From: Phoronis australis
Lineage: Eukaryota > Animalia > Phoronida
NCBI GenBank assembly: GCA_002633005.1
Contig: NMRA01000029.1
Span: 1,531,796 to 1,595,795, forward strand
Reading direction: 5' to 3'
DNA: 64,000 bases
Numbering within the stretch: the stretch's first letter is position 1; every line of letters begins with the position of its first letter. The position numbers and the translations under genes were made by a program. The notes under the pieces were generated by a model. The model was given only the letters and a program-made list of their open reading frames with translations, was not told the DNA's origin and searched no databases. This document shows positions 1 to 13,070 of this stretch, in pieces.

Positions 1-1259
1 AGGTGTCACAAACGTTTGTGCAGAAAACAGCTGCATGCCCTGGTAGCCTACACAGTATACTGCTGAGTGCTATAGACTAGAATACCAAGTGTCAGACCAG
101 AAAATTGAAAGGACATAGAACGGCATAGCAACGTTTCAAGGCACCAACAGTAGTACTAAAGCTGAAGTTGCTGAAAGTGATACAGATGTTATCCAAGATT
201 TCCCAAGAAAATCAATCACTTCCAAAATCTGAAACACCCAATTAACCTGAACAAGATAGGAACATTCTGAAACATGAGTGCATCATTTGTTAGCAGGAAA
301 AGTACATTATGGGCCACATTTCAAGAAAGAGAAAGAAGTATAGCTTTCAAAAACAGGTACGTGTTTTTTAAAAATACATTTTGGTGTTTTCCACGTGTGA
401 TTCAGTATTATCACCAGTTGTTTTTTAACTTGTTCAGCCCCTTGACTGCCTAGGCCTTAGACAATACTGCTGACCCAGTAGAGACGATGATCATACTATA
501 GGTACTTCATATGCCGGATACTTTTCGGCAAATTATGTTCCTATAAGTTTAGAAGTACCGCGTAGAGAGATGCCTCTGAGGAGGTCGTTAATGTTTTCAT
601 TTGTTCCCAGTTTAAACAAATACTCCTGCAATCCTGTTTTTCGAACACTCCATTCAGTTGCCACATCGACACTGCTTGCGCTAAGGGATAATCCTATGGC
701 GTTATACTGTGGGTGTGATTTTAAAGCACTTTAAGTCTAAAATTTTTGAGAAGGTTAAATGGAGTAGATAGTTGCAAACAACATGCCCAAGTGGCCGTCA
801 TCCCCTGCCGTAGTCTCAATTTTTTGTAAACATTAATTACTTAGGTAGCAGCTGCAATGATAATTAAATTAAAGTGCCTAAGTGGCCATCGTCGCCGTCG
901 AAATTTGAGGACGATGGAAGCCACTGTCCATTTCGTCAAACGTCGATTACCTTAAGTGTAAATCGATTGACTATGGTTTGAGCATCTGATTTAAAAAAAT
1001 TAAATTTCAATCACTGCACAGGTATATCAGCTGATTTATTTTCAGCTGCATCTACTGATCTAATTATTAGACGATCAACATTATTAGGCTACAGGTCAAA
1101 CGGCATGTAAATTTGTTAGGCTGGTGGTGGATCAGCTCCTGATACGTCCGTCTGAAAAAGTTGCATGCCAACTCACTCATAGTTGAATGTTAAATTAGTG
1201 TTAACAGTTCGGGTTTTTTTCAGTTGGACTTGTATCGCAAGCAACAGCTCAGTCCAGAG

Positions 1260-2016
1260 CCCTGAATATGCAAATGAAATTCAAAGATAAAGACCTTGTG
1301 TCTTAGAAGCCAAGTACCACAGATCATCATGCTGTAAAAAAGAGAAAGACAAAGATTGTGGAGAGTGACGAATCCCCAGTTTTCAGAGATGTTTTTCTAC
1401 AGTTTTGTTTGGAGTTCATTGAATCAAAGCTTCTAGCACATGGAGATGTCATTTGCCTTTCAAAAATAAAGCAAGACTTTGAAGCTGTTCTTCAGAAAGC
1501 TGGTGTGCATGAAGTTATTTGGACAGGCAATCTTAAGAAATATTGTTGAAGCTACTCACTGTTGTAGTTTGTGCCTGACTAAGAGATACGAAAGTGAATT
1601 GAGGCTAGTGTTCAATAATTCACTTGCTGACTCTAATTAACACAGCCCATTGTAACATATTTTGAATCAAACGTTTGCCCAAATAGTGCCCGCCTCCAAA
1701 CAAGGACTTAGTGTTTGACCCTTCATTGCCTGCGGGCTAATCACCAGTGTGCAGTGCTGTACCCTCTCTAATCGACCATAGTTGGCTCCTTGGCGGTGGA
1801 GCTTTGCAGTTAATATGTATGGCAATGACCGCATCTCCATTGACAGTACTAAACGATGAATGCTGCAAGTGCAAAAAGAACATGTGTGCTGGGAAACTGA
1901 GTTTGTGCTGCAATGCTGGGTCAAACTGTACAGAAATGTGCAGCTGTGACAACTGTAGTAACATCAGCAACACTGACTGCATAACATTGGATAGTTCTTT
2001 GACAGGCCAACCCTAA
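1260..2016 (+). pseudogene. Decayed transposon-associated ORF with C-terminal CXC-like cysteine cluster
   Basis: Fragments EAKYHRSSC (~1306), PP....LHCLRANHQ (~1690-1750) and CKCKK.C....CC.....CTEMCSCDNCSN; broken by stops, frameshifts and an apparent internal deletion. Confidence 0.55.
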
Positions 2017-3294
2017 ATAGACCTCCAACCCCGTTATTTCCTTTTTTGTATTAAAAAGTTAATTTTATTTGTTGATTAAGTCATAGAAAGTACATACTTT
2101 GATCATTGTCATGTATTTGTCTCATACTGCTTAATAAACGCTGTCAGAATAATCTATTTTAATACAGTCTTTGTGCACATTCACAGAGATCATTCAACTA
2201 TATTGTTTTTGTACTATAACATATTTCTGGTGTATTATGCAAACAAGCTGTATTTTACACCATTAGTCAATGTTTTAGTCATTGAGGCACAAATTTTGCC
2301 CAGTCTCAAGTGTTTTGTGTTATTTTTGTTGCCTGACAATGCCAGAATAACTTCCTAGAAACATTCAGACTTAGTTTGTATTTTTGCCACTAGGTGTCTC
2401 TTTACGTTTTTTAAATTTCACTGTTTACAATTAATTTACAATAGTAAAACATGTAATGTGAATGTAATATTGTTCAATACAATGGCACTGATGGGACCAT
2501 ATTACTTGTTTTACAAAAAAGTCACCAAAACTGTTGTTTTTACAAATATAAGTTTACTAAGCTCTTTGGTGATTATTAGGTAACTTCAAACTCAAATTTC
2601 TCAAAAATGTGCAACTTTATATGTGGGAACTTTTTAGATTTTGAAAACACTCTAATAAATGAACTAAAAAACACCAAAATAAAATTGCCCCCCTAAAGTA
2701 CTCACAAAAACCATTTTCTAGAGGCCCTACAAAATCTGGCCCACCGACTATACTGTAACAAAAGTCTGTCGCGCTCGTTACATGAACACGCGCGTGTCCT
2801 AAACTTTTGCGACATCTTTCGGAAGATGATGACACAACTTCAAGGAAGCACGATTTGTTCTGAAATTCGGTTTGCTGGTATTCAAATACTAAAATCTCAT
2901 AAAGAAATGAAAGCAGTTTCGTTAATTTGTTGTGCCATGTACGCAACCTCGTGGAAGAGACTGAAGAATCGGTGAAAAAATAACTGGCCAATGTAAGCCG
3001 ACCTAAAAGAACGCATCGCAATTTTAGCAGCAGAATAATGTAAGAACGACAATTTTTGCCGGGCCGGCGAGCACCGATAAATAATTTAGTTTACTCAAGG
3101 AAGAATGTCTTTAAAAACGCTAATTCGGTGAAGATTTTGCATCAGTGTTTTACCCACATCGGCGCTTCACCCGAGAACCACTAACGCCCGTTTTTTTCTT
3201 GACTAAAAAGTCAAATCGGAGAAAACGATTTTCATTTTGTTTTAAAACTTATGCAGTGGATAAAATTATAATTATTTAGCTCAAAGCGTGCAAC

Positions 3295-6200
3295 GTGATT
3301 GGTTTGTGGTTAGATTTATTAAATGTTAACCTTTCACAGTCATCTACCTATATAAGGGACTACTCAGCTGAAAACCTTAACAATGGCATGATAAAAACTC
3401 CGGATCAAGCATTGACTGAAAACCATGGGGCTCTACATGATGATACAACAGCAGTCGTATACCAACGTGAAAGTGCACTGTCAAGTATTTTTGACTTTGA
3501 TGACAGCTTATTCCAAACCCATGAAAATATTTATATCACAGAGACTAACAAAGATTCCAGCAGGGTCTCAATTGACATTTCAGAAAGAGATCTATGTGAT
3601 CCCGAACTGTACTCATTAAAGTCCCCTAAGGGTCTTCGTATTGCTCATTTAAACATCGTTTCCCTCCTCGACCGGATTGACGATCTTAGACTGATTATGA
3701 GCAATAACACTACTGATATCTTGTGTTTAAATGAAACTCGGCTTTCATCAATGATCGAGGATTCTGAAGTTCATATAGATGGTTTTGATCTTCTAAGACG
3801 GTGACAGAAACAGAAAGGGCGGTGGTTTTGTTATATGCTCCAGAGCCTCCCTTGCAACCCGCACGTTAGATCACTAGGATGATCAAATTGAATCACTATG
3901 GTTGGAAATCAAGATCCCTAAATCAAACAGCCTTGTCATCGATGCGGTTGATAGACCACCATCGTCCAATGCGGATCACTTGGAAAACAGATCATTTTAA
4001 AAAGAATTTAGGCAATCAAAACTTCAAAGCCAGTGACTTTGTTATTACTGGTGATTTTAACTTAGATGCACTCTCCAAAAACCTAGTACTAAAATTAAAT
4101 TTTGGGAGAGTGCGCTTGGTTTACAAAATGCAATAGACATGCCGACCAGTGTAACTGACAAAACATCAACTTGCTTAGTTTTAATTCTTGTTTCTAATGT
4201 TAACAAGGTATACTTTTGTGCTGTCGTCAGCACTGGTCTCAGTGATCACAACCTGATATTCACAAGTTACAAATCTATACGCCCAAAAACTCCACCACGG
4301 AAAATAACTACCCGCTCGTACCGTAACTTTGATCGTTCTGTTTTTGTTAACGATCTACATGTACATATCATCGACTGGGCGGCGTTAGCATCAAGTGGTG
4401 ATCCTGAGGCTTTGTGGACAGAATTTAAGAAAACGTTCTGTGATGTTTTGGATAAACATACACCTATTATCCAAATTAGAATCAAAGGTAAATCGCCTCC
4501 TTGGTACAACGAGGAGCTAATTTTATTGTCTCGCAGACGCGATTATCTTAAACGTATAGCCCAGCGTTCGCGTAATACTTGTGACTGGAACAAATTCAAA
4601 ACAGCGCGTAATCTAACCAACAAGGCAAAAAAACAGGCAGATTATTATAATACGTTAATTAATGACAACAAATGAGATGGTAAATCCTTATGGAAAATTA
4701 TAAAGTCTGTTTAACCAGGGAAATTGAATACTAATATCGCTGAACTGAAAACAAATGACGACATGACATCTGATAACGCAGATATTTTTAACGATTTTTT
4801 CACGAATATTGGCCATAACATAGCACGAAAATTTGGAAACACTAGTCATTTATTTCCACCCCAGGTCAGCGAAGAGATAGCTTTTAAATTCCATGAGGTT
4901 GACGCTAAGTTTGTTTGCCACCAACTCAAATCAAAGAATGGCAATTCTGCTACTGGAATTGATGGCATCAGTACTAAAATCCTTAAACTATCTGCTGAGA
5001 CAATCTCTCAGCCCATTACTTCACTGATCAATTTATCATTGAAAACATCAACCATACCATCAGAGTGAAAATCCGCCGTTGTTACTCCACTTTTCAAAGA
5101 CGGTGACAAATCATGCTGCAAAAATTACAGACCCATCAAAAATCCTTGAAAAATGGGTCCACAAACAACTTCATTCTTAATTCCAAACTAACAACCTCTT
5201 GACTGATACCCAGTCTGGTTTTCGACTACTCCATTCAACATTAACTACTAACATTGACGTCACTGACCATAATTATTCTAATATGGATCAAGAATTAGTG
5301 ACTGGTGCTGTTTTTATTGATCAAAAGAAAGCATTTGACACCGTCGACCACACTATCTTGTTAAAGAAGCTTAAAGCCTATGGGTTCAACGGTGTGGAAA
5401 CCAAGTAGTTTCAGGATTATCTTGGTTACAGAACTCAAGCTACCCGCGTCGGCAAAGATATCTCTGATCTCAAAACCGTTAAAACAGGTGTTCCCCAGGG
5501 GTCTATACTGGGGCCCTTGCTATTGTGCGTCTTTGTCAATGATCTCCCCTCAGTAATTCAAAATTCTAAGATTGTTCTGTATGCGGATGACACAACAGTA
5601 CTGTCTGCAGGCAGAACCTCATCTGAAATCCAAGCCAATCTCAACTCTGATTTAACAATTATTTCAGATTGGCTTGTATGCAATAAACTATCCTTAAATG
5701 TTTCTAAAACTCTTCTATTTGGCACATCCCAAAGACTTAGAAACCAAACCCTGTCATTAACTATGGATGAAAGACCAATTGAGAACGTCAATTCTTTTAA
5801 ATATCTGGGACTTATATATATGATCAAAATCTTAAATTCTCTCACCACGTTGATTATATCTCGAAAAAGGTGTCTAAGAAAATTGGCGTATTGAAACGCA
5901 TCAGTAAATTCGTTAACAGAGCAACACTGAAAACGCTTTTTAATGCTATCATTCAACCTCACCTAGATTATTGCCTCCCGGTGTGGGGTGTTGCATCAGG
6001 CAAGGATATGAAAACCATCCAGGTTATCCAAAATAGGGCTGCCCGGATTATTCTGGGAGCTGGTGTTAGAGATATTAGCATCGAAAACCTTCATAAAGAG
6101 ACTGGTATAATGAAAATTCACACCAGACATCAATTCCTATCTGCTTGTTGTATGTACAACTGTTTTAAAGGTCTTGTCCCTTCTTACTTATGAGCTAAGT

Positions 6201-6745
6201 TTAAAACGACTACTAATCGCTACAATACTAGGTCCTCATCATCATCTGATTTCAATCTTCCTAAACGCAGAAACGAGACTGGGAAAAATCATTTTCCTAC
6301 AGCGGGCCCTTTTTATGGAACTCTCTCCCTGCAGATGCCAAATCTACATCATCCTTTCTAGCTATTAAAAGAATTATAAGAAATAGATTTAACTTCGTGT
6401 AGTGTCTAAGAATTGCATGTTTATTCATTTGTTATTTATATAATGTCTTACTTGTATTAATTATTTATTGTCTGTTTTAATTTTTTATATTTATATTTAT
6501 TTTTAGTTATTATCTTGTCTTAATTTCTTTATCTTTTATTTATCATATTTTATTTTTTATTTTGCTTCATCAGTCTTTCCGTGTTAATTTCTTATTCTTT
6601 GCTCATTACTTAAATTTGTCTTTCATTTTGTAATTCTGTTTTTGTCTTACTATCTGTTTGTTTTATACTGAGGGCCCCCATGGAAAGCAGTGTGAACTGA
6701 TGGGGCTACCCTCATTGTAAATATTACATTCATAAATAAATAATA
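3295..6745 (+). mobile_element. Degraded CR1/L2-group LINE (APE endonuclease and RT) with 3' tail
   Basis: HLNIVSL, CLNETRL, GDFN, SDH endonuclease motifs; QSGFR, FID.KKAFDTVDH, GVPQGSILGP, YADD RT motifs; many stops and frameshifts; 3' stem-loop region at ~6670-6712 and (TAAA)n tail. Confidence 0.93.
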
Positions 6746-8852
6746 ACTAAATCAACTGTTTATAAGTCACATACCGCAGCAGAGCCTGGTGAAGTAAAAC
6801 TCAAAAGCGCCGAATGTTGCAAAGCGAAGTGTACTGTAGCGCATTTACTAGGTAAGCCAACACTGCGTGTATTATATTAGTCATATGGAGTACATTCGTT
6901 AGCCTGCGATAAAGTAGTTCATTTCTGTCGTTTTGCTCTGTAGACGGCGCTTTTGTAAAAAGCGATTTCTAGTTTAGGCAGTAGGCTAACGCATTTCGGA
7001 ATCAGTGTAAGTGTTACTGAACAACTGTTGTAAATGCCGACTCAGATCAATCCCCCGAACTGTGAATCTAACCTGGACCAGCCGTGTACGCCTGTACGGT
7101 TGCACTTGTATGAAAGGTGAGTTAATTTCCAACTCTGCCATAAATTGTTGTACTTCAGGTGATCTAAAAGGGCAGTTAGGTTCCCTGTTAATTACAGGTT
7201 GCCTTTCTCTTTTGGGAGGCATTTTTTATTTTTCATCTAGTGCATCTGCGTTGAATAAATGTATTTTTTTCAATTATTTTTTTCAGCTTTCCCAGATTTC
7301 CGTAAAAACCCATGCTCAGATTTGGAAATTCTGGGTATTAAAAAGGGATGCAAAATTTGGTGTGAAACCTGTTGTGATATACGAATAGAGATTATTGAAA
7401 GTATTTTGTATGCATTAAACTGATCATTCTAACACAATGTGTCCTTCGTCGATTACCACAATTACCACGTTGGAAGCTAATTCCTTGTTTCTCAAGCGTT
7501 CCACACCGTCACTTGTTGATGTCAGAGCCTCTGGATGAGTACACTACTTCTTAATAATTTCCTTTAATTATATCACTAATTGGAACAGTACTACAAAACG
7601 TCACCACTAGTTTCTTCATCATCAATATCATCATCACCAACATCTCGTGAAAAAATTGTTGCTGCCTAGTGGGCAGCGAAGATCTACTAAAGTTTGATGA
7701 AGTACAGGACCCTTAAGCAAACAAATTGCAGTTCAGTGTGGGAACGTCAATAGTACAATTAGTTGACCTGTCAACTGTGCTTCTTCTGCTAGCTTTATTT
7801 CATTTTAATCGCACAGTGAACGTTTTATGTTCACTAAGTGATAACTAAAACGTTTCAATGATGTTTTTCATTTTAAAATTGCTTAAATTAAAACTACAGG
7901 TTCCCCAATATCGTCCGCATACGTCGCGATTCTACTCGGGGATTCCATCGAAAGGCATTTCCCGATTATGCCTGACAAGGGAGATAAGTCTTTATTGTGA
8001 TACATGAACGAATCGCCAAATTCAGACTGATTTTCTCCACTTCAAGAATTATAATTACCATTTTTAAGAACGTAGTCCTAACGTCTACAAAAATCATTCA
8101 AATTACAATAAATGACGAATCGTTTTTCTGCGGTTTATTTGGCGCGGATACGAACCGATATGATCTCGCGTGATCTAGCCTCATCACCTGTTTTTCGCGG
8201 TATTTTGTAAATGTGATGTGCCATATGTGAAAGACTAGTTGCCAAATGACTAGAGCGACGTCTTTCGTGAAAAATCCCTTTAGCGCACAAAATATTTCGT
8301 GGGATTAAACGGCACAAGACCTGCATATGCATACGTACATGTATATAGCTCCATTTTATGATCTGTGTAGGCCTACCGGTAATAAATCTTAGCTTGTTTG
8401 TCATTGCGATTTCAATGCCTGGCGGTCATGTTCAGTCCCCGGCGGTCCTGTTTTGTGGTGAGGCGGACATGTTTTTAGGTGCAGTTGTCCCATTTGATCC
8501 CCCTTAGGTCCTAGCTGTTTTTGGTGAGTCGGTCCGATTTAGAGGACCGGCGGTCATGTTGTTTCTCACCCGTGTGTTGCGTCACCGCGAGATCCCAGCA
8601 CAAACAACAAAAGGTTGTATTGAATAGGGGTCTGAATAGAACACCATTGCGTGCAGGTGTTATTCGCAGCTGATTAAATTAAAAGGTGGTTCTCGCGGTG
8701 ACGTAGACAGAAGCAAGCCAATACGCCTAACAGTTGGTTACGTTTGACAATTAATGGCATTAGTGGGCTCAGAGCGATGCTCTTAACATACATGTACTCT
8801 AGAAACCAAATTTTCAGGTGTTACCGTTGAAGATAGGCTTTAATTCTAAAAT

Positions 8853-9010
8853 CTGCCTCCCGTTCAGTAGCGCTAGGACCTCGCTAAAAACAAGACTTCG
8901 CGAGATTACGTGAGATATTGGCGTGTATTTCAAATAAGAACTCGTGACTTTGACTAGGTTTTAGCTAGGTCCTAGCGTAGGCCCTAGCGTCTACTGAACG
9001 CACGCCTGGT
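8853..9010. mobile_element. ~160 bp MITE-like element, copy 1
   Basis: Imperfect terminal inverted repeats cgttcagtagcgctagg / cctagcgtctactgaacg; inverted related copy at 52095-52251. Confidence 0.7.
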
Positions 9011-11209
9011 GATAGGATAAATGTCCGGAACTTACACTTCATGATGAAACTTCCGATATTTGCTTCTTGGCAGGTTCAGGAAACACAGGGGGAAATGGGA
9101 ACAAGCACGCAGGTAAAGAAATGAAAGCTAGGTTGAATTCTCTGGACACAAGAATCTCGCGAAAGAGTGTGATCACGCACAATTATAATCCCTTGCAACG
9201 TCTTGCATGGTGTTGCGTTTTCGCGAGGTTTTGGCAGAACACACAACTTTTGAAACATGTAGGCACTTACCAAACCATAATGTAAGTTGATAAGGTTCTT
9301 TGCAACCAAGGACAACGTTAAAGAAGGGCTGTTTTTACATCGTTGGTGAAGTCTAATGTACGGGCTCTTACAAAAAAGTTTAGTTGAATACTGGGGCAAA
9401 AGCACGTGCTCCTCAATAATTTGTAGCTCTCTGCAAGCCCAAATTCTCACACGTCCCAAAATGTCTGAGTCACTGAAAATTGTAATCTTTGAGTCAGCGC
9501 TGCAAACCTAAATTGGCACAATTTGCCCCTTTTCCACAACAATTTTTGCTTGTGTCAATTTGGGTCTGTACTATAGTAGAAGTCCAAAGTGTCACAACAA
9601 CGTAAGTTGTGTCAGTAAAATATTCTAGCTACGGTGATGGACAGTTTCACCAAAAAGACTCCCCACAACAGAAAAATACCCAAGTTTAGGCTCAACAGAA
9701 AGATCAATTGGCAATATAGGGAATTGATTAATCATTTTGCACCCTAGATACTGTACATGATCAAGACAGTGTTTGTAAAATGGGTGTCTTTTTTCCGTAA
9801 AACCTCGTAACTGAGCGCATGCGTCTAATTTTGGAGATGCGCAAGATTGGTGAGGTAAGGCACATCAGCCTGTATGGGGGACACACATGTGTGAGTAGAA
9901 AAACTTGCAAAACCTATTAGGCTACACATTTCCACTGCATGTGGAAAACACCCAAGACTCATTTTTGCTCTGTGGATTTCTGTCATATTTCAGGATGTCG
10001 CAAAAACCGTCAATGGCACAAATAAAACAAGTTTAAGTATGAAAACATCTGAAAATGATCACACATTATAATTTGTGAGGCAGTATGTCTCAAAAATTAC
10101 CTTGCACAATTGAACGTTTTGCTGTTAAATCCAGCACACTATCAATTCCGTATGCCATGAATGCATAGCAATCAACAAGAAACGGCCTGATATTCGTTAC
10201 ATTTTGAATAGGTCTCAAGTAAAAGCATTACTTCACCTATGAGCCAATCAACTTATATCCGGGATTCGGTGACTTCGGATTATCATTTTACCCTTAGCAA
10301 TTATGCAATATGCATGATTACTAGATTGGGAAAAATGAAGTTTAGCAAAACAAGTTTTTATGATATTAAGTCCTATTCATTTCTGAAAACAATAACACAA
10401 TGGCATGTTGATTCTCCCGAAACAGACTGTCAAGTTTATGTTTCGAGATTATGCTGATGTTGGATTTTTTTATTCTGGCTTTTTTCCTATGCTTGTTGGA
10501 TTTAGTACAATAAAGCACGAGGACGTTTGAAATATGTTTTGTAAAGCTGAGGCCCTTTCCAAGAATACTGACTTGACTATGACAATTTTAAGACGTCCTA
10601 AGTGTGTTCTAAGAAAATGATTGGATGTGCAAGTTTCAAATTTTGGAGGTGGAGAAAAATCTTAACTAAAAAATGAACGCAAAGTGGTGTCTAAGAACGG
10701 GACCACTGTCTGTTGGAGCTTCCATGAAAGTCTAATTGACATAAAAGTCTTTCAACAATGAATTCAAACATTTTTACAGCAGGTTCTGGAAATGCCCCCC
10801 ATGGAATTTAGGCACAACTCGATGGGCCTTTCCAAAATGTAAACCGTGCTATTCTATGAAATACAACCTTCGCTCTGACATCTCGCAACACGCTGTTAGT
10901 AATAAGCAGTCAAGTTGCCACTCACAAAAAACTCTTACCTCGAACTCTGAGTTCAAATCACAGACAAACCGGCTCTCGTGCGAAGGGTGAATAAGTTAAT
11001 GTTAACTGGTCGTCAAAGGACCTTACTTTGTAGACAGTTGGTCCCGCACTTCGGTCACTTGCATTGGAAATTTTCCGTGGTAAGGGTGACTGTCTGCGGT
11101 TGGAGTTTTGATGCTGTGGTAAAAATGTTGTGTGTGTGATAATGTTTTTGAGCTAAGTAGTATGAGTGTAGCCCGTATTAAGAGTAGGTCTCCACCCCCC
11201 TGCATATAC

Positions 11210-12558
11210 AACAAGAGCAACGCGGAGCGTTGAAATGCGCCCACCAATGCGTCGCAAATGGTGTGCTTTTAGGGTTAATTATTTGTGTCATAAAATGGCA
11301 CTAGATGGCTCAAAAACATACAATCCGTCCGAAAACGAGAGCATGGCATTGCTTCTTTAATAGAATGCTATACACCAAATTTCATAGAAAGCCGTCACGG
11401 AACTTCAGGGAAATAAAGGAAAACAGAATAAAATGAAATTGCCACTAGGAGGCACAGTGTTCAGTGGAGCAGCCTGAAAGTTGTCATTGTTTGTTGTTAG
11501 CTTCATCTAAAAACACTTACAAAATTTAATAAAGATCCTGCAGTGGGTTTAGGAGATACAGCTATGGGCTCAAAACAAAACAAAACTACCACTAGGAGGC
11601 GCCAGAATAGTCAAAGTCGTCATCATCAACCGTCCTCTTCACACTGAGAACATATACGTCAATTTTCAAAACCATCCTTAGAATGATTTGGTTGATAGAG
11701 AAGTAAATGCCAAAAACAGACTCGAAAACAGCAAAAAATGGCCACTAAGTGGCGCAAAGTACCTTGATTCCATCCGAAAACGGAAGGATAGCGTCATCTC
11801 ACCAATAGATGTCCGTATTCAAAATTTTATGAAAATCTGTTGTGGACCTTTGAAGCTACAGAGGTAAACGTAAAAGTAAAATTGCCACCAAAGGGCATAC
11901 CAGTAGTCACTTCCTTCCCAAAATCATCTTCGTCCGTTATCAACATCATATAAACACACTTCTTAAATTTAGTAAAGATCCTGCAAACGGTTTAGGAGAT
12001 ACAGCTATGGACGCAAAAAAGAACCTACCACTAGGAGGCGCCACAATAGTCAAAGTCATCAGAACATCATCGTCAGCCACCCACTTCATAGTAAAAACAT
12101 ACATGCCAACTTTCATAATTATCCTGAAAGCGGTTTGGTTGATAGAGGGGTGGACGCCACAAACAGACTCGAAAACAGTAAAAATGGCCACTAGGTGGTG
12201 CAAACTACGTCGAGTCCATCCGAAAACGGGAGGATACTATCGTCTTACTAATAGATGACTATATACCAAATTTTATGAAAATACGTTAAGGACCTTTGAA
12301 GATACAGAGGTAAATATAAAGAACTAAAATTGCCACTAGGTGGCACACCGGTAGTCGGATCCGTCCGAAATTTTGCTCATGCCGTCCCATTTATGAAAGG
12401 AACACATGTGCAAAATTTCATGAACATATGTCAATCGGTTTTGGAGATAGAGCCGGACGCCGGATGGACGCCGCCCGGACGGACGGACGACCGCACGGAC
12501 GGACGGAAGCAGATGACGGCATAATGTGTCCACATATAAGGATGTGGGCGCATAAAAA
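11210..12558 (+). mobile_element. Non-autonomous Helentron-associated (HINE-like) element with internal tandem array, copy 1
   Basis: Starts aacaagagcaacgcggagcgttg; ~445 bp higher-order units built from ~148 bp monomers; (GGAC)n microsatellite; ccaca...tgtgg hairpin; ends ataaaaa. Confidence 0.8.
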
Positions 12559-13070
12559 TGCCCCGCAACCCTTTGTGAACGTGCGCGTACTCTCTTGAAT
12601 CTGGCGACTGCCCCAAGTACACCTGTGAACCACTGCGTAGGTATGACGTTTGACGCAAACAGTGTTTTCATTCTGTAATTGATAAAGGGACCTTTTGGCG
12701 AAACGTTCAATCTTTAAGACACGTCTAACGTCATTGCCACATATTGGGACGTCGTGACAATTTGGGCCTTCACATAGCGACAGGAGTGAAATCGACGATT
12801 ATATACACTTTATCCAGTGGTTGTCGTCTACAGCTCCACAATAGTAAAATATAACCGTCGCCCAGTTGTAACGACAAATTACCGGCCATGGCATCCTTGA
12901 AAGTGACATGTAAAGGGCCATTACAAAATGTCGCGTCCCACAGATTGGATTGAAAACATTTGGAGTTGAGAAAAAGAAGTATAGCAGGTAAACTTCACTT
13001 ACTACCAACTTTTTGTTGATTGATGAAGTAATTGCATGGAATACAGTGCACATTTTATAAATGTTCTTAC

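Noticed and set aside
11210-12558. CRISPR-like regular spacing of a short conserved motif
   Set aside because: The intervening sequences are themselves repeated with a ~445 bp period, spacing is ~148 bp, the context is eukaryotic and there are no cas genes.
11946-12710. ORFs in the track overlapping the tandem-array element (also 34593-35563)
   Set aside because: Short, overlapping in several frames, not conserved in frame between the two copies, and without domain motifs.
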